From assembly GCA_023920165.1 (NCBI GenBank), contig CP089275.1, positions 62,001 to 126,000 of the forward strand: a stretch of 64,000 bases of DNA. The letters are read 5' to 3'. The notes beneath the pieces are model-generated. The model worked only from the letters and a program-made list of their open reading frames with translations. It ran no database searches and had not been told where the DNA came from. The position numbers and the translations under genes were made by a program. Positions 50,779-63,935 of the stretch are shown in pieces. This DNA is from Curvularia clavata. Lineage: Eukaryota. How positions within the stretch are numbered: position 1 is the first letter of the stretch; each line of letters begins with the position of its first letter.

Positions 50779-52639
50779 AGTACGGGTATGATTTCCTCTT
50801 GCATGTCGCCAAAATCACTTCATGTATATGTAAGACTCTATATATATGTAGCCAGGACGGTACAGCTCCTGACTGTTTTATCTGAAAATTTAGGATTATC
50901 GACCATGTTTTGAGCTCCTATTACGCACACCATTGCTCGTGAGTATGCTGCTGAAACTCAACATTATCTGGGCCTGTGAGAATCCTGTGAACGATCGGTT
51001 TCATCGCCAAATAGGTGATCCAGAGGATATGATGCTCTTGATGGATAAGCGAACCGACCTTACAGCCAGAAAGTCGTGTCTATTATTTCCAGATATGCCT
51101 GCAGAAATCGAGAGGGCAGTGGTTCGGCACCATTGGAAGATATTGGTAAGTTCAGAATGATTTCATTCTCATCAGACATTTACTGATCAACTCTTTTTTA
51201 GAAGAATGAATCTACTGTCAAAATGTCAGTACATATTGCGAAAGTACTTGTGTAGGCTCCATACAGCAATAGCTTGAAGAGCTCTGTGCTGTTGGTTATC
51301 AAGATATTTCAATCGAGTAACCAAGTGCTATATCTTTTCATACATTCCAAAACTCATATCGACTGAAGAGCCTATGAACCGATACCTTGATTCTACAATC
51401 AGTTGAACAGTATTCTAATTCGCGCGCTCTTTTGCTGCAAAGAGAGAAATATACATTCTTTCCGTTTGGTTTTTCTATCTCTCGCCTAACTCAGGCAAGG
51501 AAGGTAGCATGTTTGGGTAGTAGAGAGAGTGCTGAGAAAGATCTTAGTCAAGTGAACACGAAGACTAAGATTACTTGGGGGCACAGCTAATGTGTACTAG
51601 GATCATATGATACCTTACGTGGCATGGTATAGGAATTACCTCATCAAACGCAGCGAAATTTCTAAAAGCATATTAAATTGCCATCGGATCATCTAGTGAG
51701 CAATATGGATATTGATTCGTCTCAGCCAACTATTTTCCCTCCCTGATCCGAATTCGCCAAGAGAATGGCCTGCACTCAATGCTGTACGTAGAAGCTCAAA
51801 TATGTCTAACCAACACATTCACCGAAATCAGCCAATTGTGATTGGTGCAGAAATGCAGATTTCGCATGTACCTACTTTCCATCTACGCCGATGGGGCGGC
51901 CAAGGTCGTCTAGATCTCGACAAGTCGGACAGTATCATGTACGACATCACAAGCAAATGCGATACTCGACGAAACGATTGACTTGATCATAATGGCAGAG
52001 AACCCATGTAAAGCGCTCAGTTTGCACGGCATAGCTATGTTCTTCGATGACGACATAGCACGATATAACCCGAGCGACGCATCCACGACACAAAACTTCG
52101 CCTTCTCAGCCCCTGAGATGGATTTTCTGACACCGTGCTCGATACAAGGTACGTGCGCTGTATTTAATAGCTCCAAAACCTACTTAGCTAGTGCACCGAT
52201 TGACGAAACGAGTGCAGTAAGCTGTGTAAGATCAGCAGGCAGTGCGCGCAATGGCGGCCAGTCCACAAAGCACTATGCAGTGCGTAGCCCAAACCGGACT
52301 GGATCTTCATGATCAAACAACAATGAACCAAAAACGCAGCGACAATATCGCAATTCGAGACCTGGTCGGCCATGTTTTTCGGCACTCGACCGAATATCTG
52401 GATTGCTTACTTTGATTGGACGATACCTTCGGCTCGAGCCAAGGCGACGAGTGTGAGAACGCCCGGACGGACGGAAAATCTCGCCAAATAACCCAGCAAC
52501 TAGAGATGTAGACCGCAATTCAACTTTTGATTCACAACGTACGGTTAGTGTAGCTGCGCAGTATCGTATACAGGTCAATGCTCCGCTATCTGAGGCTTAG
52601 TGGCAGTGACAGCATTAGCCGCAGCGGCCCATCGGACCT

Positions 52640-52830
52640 ACCATCGCCGCGGTCAAACATCCCTATACGTACGATTGGTGGAGCCTGTGTTGACGCCAGC
52701 GACGCATTCCGGGCACGACTACCACTGCAGATGAATGTCGACCTACTAACAAAGATCGATATCGCACTGCAGCTGCCGCACGAAGCCCGAATATGTTTTT
52801 TACAAGCTGAAAGGGGCATGGGTGCAAACA
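52640..52830 (-). pseudogene. Possible decayed Zn2Cys6 cluster relic
   Basis: RASCGSCS...ICSGS then, after a frameshift, PECVAGVNTGSTNRTY; Cys spacing only partly retained. Confidence 0.25.
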
Positions 52831-53109
52831 GTGACAGGAGTCTCGTGAACACCCAAGGCACATGCGGTGGCCTCTTCGACAAGGCTGTATCGCCGAGGCT
52901 GCTTATGGTGATTCTCGAACGCAACATGGGAATCGATGTCATACAATCCATGCGAAATTGCATTACTCGTATCAAATGCCTCGTCCGTTGAGCTTATCAT
53001 CGGTTATTACAATCACTTCATGCAACGAGTTGCATTACACTAAGGACGTGTTTCTCTTATTCTGTGACTATGCTTTTCCTTTATTTCTATAGACTAGCCA
53101 GCATCCTCA

Positions 53110-53560
53110 ATTGTATACGAGCAGTTACAGACCAACCGTGGTTCTCGAATTCGGCCCTTATGTACGATACTCTGCTATCTCCCTTGCCAGTGCTATGATG
53201 GCGCGATTAGCCCCAGGACAGCACATTCGCTAATACGTTTCATTCGAAAAGAATTTTATAATTCCAGCTGTTGCAGTCAGCCTTGCGGATTGAGCAGGCT
53301 TGCGCGACGCTATCGCTTTACATGTTGATTCAGCTTCAGAGTCATTGACGCACCCTGTAAAGGAGGGTATGGTGGCGAAAGGCAGTGTAGATTTAATGCT
53401 TTTGGACCACTGGAAAGACTTCTACATCTTCGGTTTGCAATTATCCAAAAGATGCTCTCCACACAGACCGGACTTCATCATTTTAGCGGATAGTATCGCT
53501 TTTCCGGGTGCCCCAGAGTATCTGGCGTATGTCCAGGCCGAGAAAGCACAGTCATCACCA
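53110..53560 (+). pseudogene. Catechol O-methyltransferase-like pseudogene
   Basis: RPTVVLEFGPYVRYSAI...*YVSFE...D*AGL...DLMLLDHWKDFY...LADSIAFPGAPEYLAYV with in-frame stops and no intact start. Confidence 0.7.
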
Positions 53561-54048
53561 GCTGGATTTAGCTCTACTTCCAAGACAGCAGACCTCATTG
53601 TCCCTTTCGGTAGCCCTGCTGGTATCACGTGCTTCTCGATGACGAATTTAGTAACTCGATTGGGATCAACTTGTCATCTCCACTGTTTCGCAAGCTTTAG
53701 CAAACAGCGGCGAGAGAGCTTCAAGAGTTGTAAATGGCCCACAGTATAAATGACACTAACGATCATTCAAAGGTCCGTTACGCATCGAATCACAGCATAC
53801 CATTCTTGGGCACAGGTGGCAGACAAGGTTACAGCACAACTACCAATGCTTTGAAACATGGAATCAATATAGACCTTGGGGCTCAAAGTCGTCTCAATTA
53901 ACTCTGTGGAAAGCACAATGAGTAATGGTGGTACGGTCACCTTTGAGGAGATCTCAAACTTGTGATTATCACAGTTCATATAACTAGTGCTTTGGAAGTT
54001 CCGAAGTGATGTCCCACCCAAGGCGACGTATTTCTTATGAATTATTAG

Positions 54049-55985
54049 CTAGTTCGCGAACTGCCCGCTAACTTTCCAATAAACATTGTAGTTGATGTTC
54101 TGCGCGTCATAAAACGGACCGAGATTCACGGCCTTACCATCAGCTGTCGCAGTGAATGCTAAGCTGTTGGTATTTGTGCGGCGAACAGAGTTCAACGCCA
54201 AGGATGGCATGGAACTTAGTGATTGCTGTCCATAGTTGCCGCTTAGAATGGTGGGGCCGTATGCGATAGCTGCAATGTTTGCATTGTCATTAGCGGCTAC
54301 AGTGCGCAACTTCATCGGTAGCTTCACAGTAACTGTATCACCAGAGACCCAGCTTCGTGACAATGTAGCATAGCTCCCTGGACTGGCAGTAACTCCGGAT
54401 GCTTGTCCATTCACACTGATTGTAGCGCCAGATGTCCATGACGGGATGCGAATCTTCATGGCCCAGTTACCTGTGCCAGTGACCGTCAATGTAGTCGTAT
54501 CGCCGATAGGGAATGTGGTAACTTGTGTAACCTTGACGTTACGCTGCTTCCAGTCCAAAGTTGAAGGTGTAAAAAGATTCACATAGAGGGCTGAGTTATC
54601 GTAGAAGTAAATGGAGTCCATGAGCTTGGTGTTGGTCTCCAGGGCCGTACCTTTGATTCACAAGTTGAATTAGTTAACGTTCAATGCAGCCTCCCACGGG
54701 CATGTGGAGAGAGAGAATATTTACCTTGGCAACACCAAAAGGAATTGTAGTCAGTGCTCCATGTGCCTCCACCCCACGCTGGCCCGACTCCACGGCGCCC
54801 ACCACTCCTGAGTGGAGTAAAGTAGGTTATGTGGCCATGGTTGTCTGTTGGGTTCTGAGCGCCAAGAAGATGATTGAGCAGAGCACGCTCGTAGAAATCG
54901 AAGTACTTTGTACTAGTGGGATCTGTCATCCATAGATCGCGAGTAAGCTTGAGCATGTTATAAGTATTGCATTGCTCAGCAGTGTCATTCGTCAAGAAGT
55001 TCGAGATCTGATTTGGCGGCCGAAAATGCTCTGCCTGACTGTTACCACCAATTGCGTATGTGTGGGCATTGACGGTGATATCCCAGGCATTCTTCGCAAT
55101 ATCAAGGTAGCGCTTGGTACCAGTGGATTTGTACTCTCGAGCTGCGCCAATCCACTTCGGGACTTGAGTGTTGGCATGAATACCGTTGAGCTGGTCTTGA
55201 TCATTTGCCAGAGGGTCGAAGACTTTTGCGTGATCGAAACGCTGGGCTACGGTTAACCACTGCTTGTCTCCAGTGAGTTGGTAAATCGCCGCCAAAACAT
55301 CGTTCATGCCGCCAAACTCTGTGCCTAGCATTGATTGCATCTGGGCTGTGCTCAATTTCTTGGTCCGTCCATCTACCCACCCCGCCAGCGCCAACAAGAT
55401 ATCACGGGCTTTTTGATCGCCAATAATGCGCCATGCATCGAGTAGGCCAGCCATCGTCTTGTGTACAGCATAGTACGGGACATTTCCACTCGTCAACTTG
55501 CCAGCCTCGAGCGCAGCAAATTCAGATTCGGGGAAGCCGGACAAATACCCGGTGCTGAATCCAGCGGCGCCGTTGTTGGCCTGGCATTTGGCGAGTTCCT
55601 GGACGAAATATGCAGCGCGGTCTTTACACGTGCTATCACGCAAGGTCGCATAGCAATGAACCCAACCGGTCAGAAAATGCCCTTGGACGTGAGAACGAAA
55701 GGGAAAGTTGGGAGCATCCCATCCTGAATTTGCTTGCGCGCCTTGCGTAGAGAGCTTATGCGTTGCTCGGAAGTTGTAGAGTAGTCGATCGACATTTACT
55801 GCCTTGAGATAGTTGAGGGTCCGATTTTCATTATCCTTCCAGCGGCTATTACTCAACGCGATTTGGCTCAAGTCAAATTCATAGGCGGAGGTTCCTACTT
55901 CAGGTACAACGATAGTGGGAATGGTCTGGGCAAAGATTGGTGCTACTACCAAAAGGTAGCTAGCAATGGTAGCCTTGAAAAGCAT
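54049..55985 (-). CDS. Secreted GH127/GH146-like beta-L-arabinofuranosidase (DUF1680 type), ~620 aa
   Basis: Signal peptide; DRLLYNFR, FRSHVQGHFL, TEFGGMNDVL, HANTQVPK, GGNSQAEHF, AEQCNTYNMLKL, FWCCQ|GTALE across intron 54651-54724. Confidence 0.88.
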
Positions 55986-57479
55986 TTTGCAGTAATCATG
56001 TAAAAGGCGATAACGGAAGTGTGTAGAGGATTGCTTCTTTCACGAGGGCTCGAGTGGCCATTCTTTATACAATCCGCGGTCACTGTTTATAAGTAATTCG
56101 AGTTTCACATATCATCGAAAGCAATGCCACCACTAACGCGAAGTGGAGAAGTCTGCTCACACGAGGATTGAGACTATTGGTAGCAATTTATTCCAGCAGC
56201 GTGTGAATTGCTTCCTTCAAGGTTCCCTTGTCGATAGCTATATTGTGTTTCAGTACGGAGTAAAGACTGCCGGGATAGGAATATTGGCGGATCAGCTAGA
56301 AGATCCGCCAATGGCAGGGACGCAGTAATTAGAAGATGGTCAAGGATGCACGCCAAGTGGCGGGGGAAAGCTTGACAGTTTAGTGATCGGCTGAGCGAGG
56401 TGCTTAATTGTCCATTTTGCACCAATCACAAGCAAGATAAAATCCCTTTTTAGCCGAAGCTGCAGATTGCACGTAGTGATTCACCTTCTACGAAATGGAT
56501 ATTGAAGCTGCCAGGAATCATTTGCGCAGAGAGTGTATCGATTCGAAGCGGAACACGCTAGAAATAAGGAGGGTGAAGATATCATAGCGGAACTAACTGT
56601 GCCAATCAGTACGAGTGGTTACCCGATGTTGCCATGGGAGGAGGGAGATGTTGACAGCAAGAGAAGCAAAGCATGATCGCGCAGAACAGAAGGGTTGGAG
56701 AATGAGATTAAAGCCCAATCGACATGCCTGGACAGTGAGACCATCAGTAATTTGGCGAGACTAGACTAGACGCTGCTATTGCTTTCGTGAAGACTCGAAC
56801 AATGAGTATTCATCCTAAAATTTTTGGATCGTGCTTTATCTGAGTTGTACAAAAGCAGTAAATCAGAAGTATAGAACCATTCTTAGTCCCAGAGCTTGAA
56901 GATGTCCGCATCCCCTCCAGCGTATCAGTTGCTAATTTACTACTTGGTGTATCCTCATGAAACCCATGGAATAGCAACTGCAGTTGATGGATTCACTACT
57001 CCTCTAGCAATGTTGAAAGGCGCGCTCAAGAAGAGAACTTTCCACTTCCCTATTTGTTTACACTTCGCAGCCAACTTCTCCAGATCAAAACTTTGCCTGA
57101 TCAGCACACCCCAAGGCTAAGGGCTTGACCATGCCTCATATGCGACTGTGACGCTGCCATGACAGCAAATGAGTTTTTACAATGCCATCGCGAAGAATCC
57201 TCGTTGGCTTCCACGCCGATGGAGCGAGCTGGACGGCGGAGTAGTTTTGTCTCTTGCTCTTTTGACCGGGCATAGGAAGTAGCCAGCCATACCGTGTGGA
57301 TAAACAAGTGTCGTCCGGCTTGAACGATATACGCTGCGCGGATGCCGTAACCTGAAGCTGGGAAAGCGGGATGACATGAGTGTGGAAGGGCGCTCTTGAA
57401 AACGTGACCATCATTGTGTACATTGTGTACGACAGAAACATGGACAAGGTATTTATCATCAATGTATGATCATGTTATA

Positions 57480-57990
57480 ACTTTGCTAAGATTTTAATAG
57501 GTCCTTGGGCTCAGCAGTGACAGAGAGAAGAATACCGCGGAGAGAATCTTCGATGTCCCGCCATGGCCACCTTCCGCGAGCCGTTCAGTTCCCGATAGTA
57601 CTGTTTAATCTCCAGAACGCAATTGCATATTCTTTGCGGAGATTCACTCATCAAAAAAGGGTTTCTCCACCCAAGCAATGCCTGGGATCTGGCATGTTAA
57701 TCTCCATGGTAGCATTGCGGTCACGTAAAAGGTGTACGCACACCCCAGTTGAGCGTTATCAACGGTATTCATTGCCACAGAGGCTATGTTTATTGGGCTC
57801 AGGATGGCAATCACATATAGTAGGTGGAATTCTATGGATGAACCCATTCATTCTCAAAACCGACGTTGTTCTGAATAATTGGGTCGGCCATCGCTTCAAC
57901 TCACCAAACGCCATCGTCATTACGCGGAACAGTGTCACTCATTTCACGAATGGCCACTACGGCTTCGCAAACTTTGGTGACCTTCTGAAG
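57480..57990 (+). pseudogene. SMP-30/gluconolactonase (lactonohydrolase)-like relic
   Basis: VLNNWVGHRFNSPNAIVITRNSVTHFTNGHYGFANF resembles the NNxxGxxFNSxNDxxxxxxGxxxFTDxxYG motif; upstream part frameshifted or degenerate. Confidence 0.5.
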
Positions 57991-58420
57991 CACTTGGAAC
58001 TAGTGCGTAGCTAGTGCATCCAGTGTTTTAGTAGTTTCCTGGGAGAATTCGTTGTCAGAATCGCGTCTCGAAGCGGACAGCAAGTTCCGGATGAACCCTC
58101 TGGTCGTGGCTCCAGTAGAATAAGACCTGCTAGCACAGGCAGCATCTCATACTAGGAACGGGTCCCAAAGCTATGCGCGTGATAACAAGAAGAACCTGCT
58201 CAGGCGGAGCACAAGCTGTTGGCAATAGATAGCACCAATATCCTTTTATTCATGCCACAGCTATTGATTCCTTGACTTGAGAGATTGTGCAGCGAAGTAA
58301 AGTACTCTTAGGGCTGTTTATCCATTTGTGACGCGTCGCCAATTAGACTGACTTTGATGAATCTCAGGTCTCTTTAGAAATGACGCTGCGAGATGCGTAT
58401 GTACATGTGCGTTCTCATCC

Positions 58421-59034
58421 TTATCTCTTCACCCTCTTTGCGCGATTTGGCTGGTGCCTAGTCTGCTTGCACCCAGGCTCGGTCCCTGGTTTATTACAGC
58501 AAGTCCACACAAAGCCCTCTAGATTTTCCTCGCGCATCTCTGGTGTATCTATTATGCTGTGGCAATTCTCGTTATGGTTAGTCTAGAAGTCCCTCTTGTA
58601 ATCTACTTCTAGTTTGCCTATAGATTACAAGTTAATTGGCGCTTTTGTATATAGTTTCTCTTGTTCAGCATATATCTACCCGTATGCCATTGACAACTCC
58701 TCTTCTCGTTATGCAGGACATCATACTCCTTGTCGCACTGCTCGCATATCTCGAACCGCTGTCTGCGTGCTGGCGCGTCGGTCTCCTCATCAGAGTAGTC
58801 GGACCCAGCGACATCATCTTCCTCATCCTCATCCCCATGCTCCAGCCGAGCCCGCTTCAATGTGCCAGGCTGCAGTATCAATTCGCCTTGAACATAGGCG
58901 AAGTTGGCAGGAGAGGTTGTACTCAAGTGCTTCAGCAACGCACGCACACGTTCCGGCGTGGCGGAGTCGATGGCATTGTGTAAGTTCTGGATTTCTTGGG
59001 GAGAAGGTTGGGAATGCGTGTCGGAGCATGCCAT
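58421..59034 (-). pseudogene. Small Cys/His-rich (putative zinc-binding) fungal hypothetical gene with a premature stop
   Basis: Exon 1 ...RFEICEQCDKEYDVLHNEKRSCQWHT; intron 58618-58679; exon 2 GKLEVDYKRDF*TNHNENCHSIIDTPEMREENLEGFVWTCCNKPGTEPGCKQTRH; TAG at 58583-58585. Confidence 0.7.
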
Positions 59035-59374
59035 CTCGCGACTTGTGGGTTTCGCGACGCGTGTGTAATTATTCACGCGACTGCCGAGGTACGCGATTGT
59101 ACGTAGTTGTGCGGACCGTCAAGCAGCGGCTAGGCAGACATTGGAGCCTCAGCGCCCGAGCCATGTGCCCCACCAAAGCTCCAGGCATCTTTGTCATATG
59201 GAGTCGTTGTTCACACCTGCAATCAACATATTTAGTGTGCTGCGCAGTGCCTTATTGTCATGCGAATCGGATTTTCCCATCACTCCCTGTCTTCTCTACT
59301 ACAAGCTTCTATCATCCTTCTCGTAACGCTCCCAGCACGACTTGCTCGACAGAAACACTGCGCCGACTGTCCAC

Positions 59375-60178
59375 ATGGCCAACCACTCTCGCGTACCCCA
59401 TCGCGGTATCCCTGCTGAAGAATTCATCGTAAAGGATGGGAAAACCTACTATCCCTTCTCGGGTCCACTAAACCATATTGACGAAGATGTCCAATATCAC
59501 AAGCACAAGAAATGGGGTTTCCTAATCTACCGATGTGATTATTCATCTGACGAAGCGTGGGCCAAATTTCTATCCAACCTCAATTGGGAAGTAGAAAACC
59601 AGCTGAAAATATTCAAAGCGGAACATCTGTGGGACACAATGGAGATGACGCCAAAGGAAGACAAGAAGGTACTTGACGGCGCGACGGTTGACCAAGTCCG
59701 CAATATTTTCACAGAGTGGGTGAGAAGCGACGAAGCAAGAGCCGAGATCAACGATGGACCATGCGGTGCATTCACCTATCCTAGACACACATTCTGTGTA
59801 CATGTCGATGCTGATGTACTTGATTCTGTGGTCAACCGTGCTCCTCAGCCACCAACGTGGGATCGACGACACATCGCTTATGCCAACCTGGTACAACTCC
59901 GGCACGAAGACTTTGCTGAGGAGCTTGGCATACCGGTGCAAGATTTCACGAACAACGATGAGGAGGATGAGGAAGAGGATGATGCAAGCGAATATGGAGA
60001 CCTAAATTTCGTCAAGGTACCTTTGAGCTACCTCGGCCCAGAATCTTACAACGAGCTGTATAGCTGGTCCAATTTTGAGCAGTATGTCCGGTTTCAAAGA
60101 AGTGATGGTGTGTCTTTTTGGTGTAGCGGCGGAAACCCTGAGGACATATATGGACCATATGCACCATTAGGCTCGTGA
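59375..60178 (+). CDS. Fungal hypothetical protein (267 aa)
   Basis: Intact ORF with KWGFLIYRCDYSSDEAWAKF and PRHTFCVHVD motifs plus an acidic tract. Confidence 0.75.
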   Translation: MANHSRVPHRGIPAEEFIVKDGKTYYPFSGPLNHIDEDVQYHKHKKWGFLIYRCDYSSDEAWAKFLSNLNWEVENQLKIFKAEHLWDTMEMTPKEDKKVLDGATVDQVRNIFTEWVRSDEARAEINDGPCGAFTYPRHTFCVHVDADVLDSVVNRAPQPPTWDRRHIAYANLVQLRHEDFAEELGIPVQDFTNNDEEDEEEDDASEYGDLNFVKVPLSYLGPESYNELYSWSNFEQYVRFQRSDGVSFWCSGGNPEDIYGPYAPLGS

Positions 60179-60547
60179 CTAGAGCCACGAGATGTTTGTG
60201 CAGGTTAGTACATTCAACACAACCAAATCCGGTATTCTGTGATCGTCTCAGCTAGCCAACGGGATTCTCGCCCCAATCAGACTAGCGACCTCGAGAAATG
60301 AGCCTATTTAAGATAAGGATGGGCGGCAGCTCTACCTCATCATCCTTGTTAAACCTTAGCCAATGATAAGACTCACGCGAATGCCGTTAGAGGCTGTGTC
60401 TCGAGGAATGAGCCTATTGTAGTCTAGTGGGTGCAGATGATGAATTCGTCCAGAGTTCGTCTTTACCACTCTGCACACGACAGAGAATGTATTTAATCGT
60501 ATGGGTCTTCATCATGTCTTATTCCACTGATTACCAACAGCACACCG

Positions 60548-61777
60548 ATGGTGCTCAAAATGTCGGAAACGTATAGCAGCAACCCCCAAACAGTACCACT
60601 TGAGTGCTCTGTTGTAACCACCACAGCGCCTGAGAACAACGCAGATACTATGGGATGTAATACCACATGGATGTCAAGTCCACCAGCCATTGATAACGCG
60701 TGTGCTCCGCGGCTAGAGGTTGGCATCAGCAAAAATATCTATAGTTTGATTATCAGCCTAACGATAACAGAAGCCAGTAGTGATCCCAAGAATGGACATA
60801 AGCGGTCGACTTTCGGCACCGCTTCCTTTCATGCGAGCATATAGCCCTGAGTTGAGACCGCACGGTATCAACGAAGGGGATTTTGTAGGTTTCATCGACA
60901 ACCTTGCGGTAGCGCAAGCTCCTCCTGCACCATTACAGATCCTCAATGTAGCTGGAACTGCTGTTGGCTTTGTGTAAGTGTCTCATCGCCAGCTTTGTCC
61001 CTTTAACTAACGAACAAGTCCACATCATTGGGCAACGTTTGCAGGCGCTGGGATGAATGTGGCTGCAGGAGTAGGGACGGCCGCTGTATCATACGGACGA
61101 ACTCGCTATTTCTTGGAGAAGGCTAATCGCGAATATTTTGCACCTCGAAGACTATACGTTTCCATATGCAAGTATCAAGAGTTGGTTGAGAAACTGCCGA
61201 TCAGCTCTCATGCTGCGGTGCTATGGTTAGTCGTCTTCTCTTTTCCAAAATTAGAAAAGCTAACATTTGCAGTGAAAAAGATCTTGAAGCTGGGATTAAC
61301 AGTATCCGAGAACGCTGCATGTCTGCTTTGCAACCGTATATCGCCAGCCTCTCATTTGATGTTCCTCATCCAAGCGGTGAACACAATATACTCGATAGGA
61401 TTGCTGTAAAAGGAATCGAAAGAAAACGACGAAAGCAGGAGAGAAAGTCTAGGGAGGATGGATACAGTTCAGACTCAAGTAGTAGCTCAAGCTCTGGTTC
61501 AAGCTCGGACGAAACCAAAGCAAAACGGAAGGCGGCACGTCGCGTGCGCAAGATTGAGAGCAAGGCGAAGAAAGATACAAGAAAACACCCCACTAGAGCA
61601 GCGGAAATTGAAGAGGACCGAGCACAGAAGTTGGATAAGGTTAGAGGCGAGCTAGTCCGGAAGGCTGACAAAGGCACCAAAAGGTTGAGTAAGAGGTCGA
61701 AAAAGGATCTTGAAAAAGTGAAGAGGCTGGAGTTCATCGTTGTGGAGGCGCTGGGTGAGCAGCAGGTAACAACTTAG
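60548..61777 (+). CDS. Fungal hypothetical protein, multi-exon, with basic/Ser-rich C-terminus
   Basis: PVVIPRMD...PFMRAYSPEL...FIDNLAVAQAPPAPLQ; three plausible GT-AG introns; start uncertain (60548 or 60560). Confidence 0.7.
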
Positions 61778-61824
61778 ATATAGTCTAGCTGCTTGCTACC
61801 CTGTAAAACGTGGATGCGCAACCT

Positions 61825-63381
61825 TTAATATCGGACGTGTCGCAGCTCGAAACCAGTATTTTGAGTGGAATTGGGTTTTGCGAAGCTTCCTGTAATATCC
61901 ATTATAGCTTTTGCGGATTTCCAGATTCCCCTTTTACCAGTTGATACGTCTTCCAACACTTTTTGAAGCCACAAGCCAATCGCCCCATGTTCTCTACCGA
62001 CAGCTTCGTACGCCATGCGCAGCGGGAACAGCAAGTTGAAAGCACCCAGTTCGGTCCATGTTTGATTGAGGTGATAGTCAACGCTGCGGCAGATGAACAA
62101 GCCAGCGCTGCGAGTTTGTTGCTTTGAAAATTCCTCGTCATCGACTTCGCCCAACGTGCACCTGACACTAGCAACAAATCGCAAGACAAGAATTAGGGTT
62201 GCATGATACAGCGTCAGGGCATTTGCGTGATAAAGCGACTCGAACTGAAAGACACTTGTCCAAGGCAGAGTCTCCTTACCAAAGGGGTTAAGACTGCAAG
62301 GTGTGGTGATCGGTGGCAAGACCTCCGAAAACACTTGTCCATTATCCTTTGCCCACGCCGCGTTCCATTGATGCAGGTTCCCACAGATCTTCTCTGCTTT
62401 TTTTAACAGTAGCCGGAGCTGTATATCGTGGCTATTCTGATTTGTTTGCATTTGCAGGACCTGGTCGTGGAGGGCGAAGAGCTCGGGACAGTCTGCCAGA
62501 ATGTCGGTCAGGAGTTTGATTGAGTTCACTCGGCCCGGGAATTGAGCCCATGGTAAAAACTTCCAGTCGTGTTCCGCCAAGATAGTCGTTTGGCGAAGTA
62601 CGAGAGCGGCAAAAATCATGGACGCGCGACATTTCTCAAAGACCAGCAATGAGGGAAGATATGATATTCGTTCTGGACCCCAACTCTCTAGAAGTCGTTC
62701 GAAACCACGCGCGTGACTTATCCAGCCATGTTCGCGTTCTGAAACCAGGAACTAGTGTTGTCAGCTTAAGCATCCATCATTTGACGAGTGAACAGACTTC
62801 AACAACTGCTATGATCATGACTGCTTCCAGCACGTCGAAGGACCTCGATGCATTCTCATCTGCGAGAGCTTTGTGCACTGTTTGTAACGCAGCACTATAT
62901 CTTGAAAGTCCTTGAGTGATCACTGTCTTTTCATGATGCTTCATGCCAAAGTATGTTGTGGAGAGTGCGAGGAAGCATTCGGCTGTGATCGAACGATCAA
63001 TGCCCGGGTCTATTGTAAAAGTCTCAACACCAGTGATTAGCTGCGAATGTGTAAAGGCTTGGTACAAATCATCATGCGGTACAGTTAAAGGTTTCATAAT
63101 CCGTGGCTGCATAGCTTGAACTTCGGAACTGCGAATACCATTCTCCAGCTGTTTCTTTGAAACCCTGCTAGTTATCTGTGGCCCATTGTAAGGGACAAAG
63201 GCTGTGTCACGTGGTCCACTGCATGGAAGTTGCGCTTTTCGACATCGCAAGCAAATGGGTTTTGTTAAATCTGCATCTTCTTAGTAGCTGCACGACAGTG
63301 TAGGCCAGAGTACATGCCACATTTCACGCGACGCTGTCGACAGCTTTCGCATGCCTTAGATCGGCCACCAACTCCAACCAT
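61825..63381 (-). CDS. Zn(II)2Cys6 transcription factor
   Basis: MVGVGGRSKACESCRQRRVKC|DLTKPICLRCRKAQLPC requires GC-AG intron 63271-63317; second intron 62752-62797; GWISHARG, ICRSVDYHL, LFPLR. Confidence 0.88.
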
Positions 63382-63935
63382 AGCTAGTATTCAAGCATGC
63401 ATGGCAAATGATGTAGTACAAGCGGATGCGCGAGTATCGGTTGGGCGTGATGGAGATGTAACAGGTTACATTCGAGTCACCTAACAGAAAACAACAAGAG
63501 TCTGGTCCGTGCACACCAAGAAATCGCGATACGCCACTTTGCGATACTACATAGTACTTGATAGAGGGGCTGTGCATCGCCGCTTTGGGACGCTATTACC
63601 AATGTTTCTATTTGGGGTCTTGTGGCACAGACAGGAACCGTATTCGGCCTCCAGCCGCTCTTTGTCAATTCGTCGGCCGACGTCATGTGGCAAATCCAAT
63701 ACGGGGCGCTAGCATAGTGTTACAAGCGCTAACCTCACTAGCCTCAATAGCTATCCGTATACCTTAAGTTAAACTTTAGGGTAGTACAATGTCAGAGAGT
63801 ATAAAACAAAGTCGCCTCACCCACTTGACAATTCCCTCTCACATCATCAACATTCCATTGAAATACTTCCTCTCGTTCAATCTTAGCACCTCAGTGTCCT
63901 TCGTTTGCTACATCAACGTTTCCGCATCCCTAGCC

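Noticed and set aside
50933..51260. Short ORF with apparent GTAAGT...TAG intron
   Set aside because: Possibly a gene fragment, but no ATG start or recognisable motif supports a call
28883..56455. Identical 15-mer AATCCCTTTTTAGCC at 28883 and 56441 (contains XlnR-like GGCTAAA on the reverse strand)
   Set aside because: A few exact 15-mer matches are expected by chance in 64 kb, and the two promoters are functionally unrelated
58614..59432. 272-aa plus-strand ORF
   Set aside because: Non-ATG start, antisense to the Cys/His gene, and no recognisable protein features
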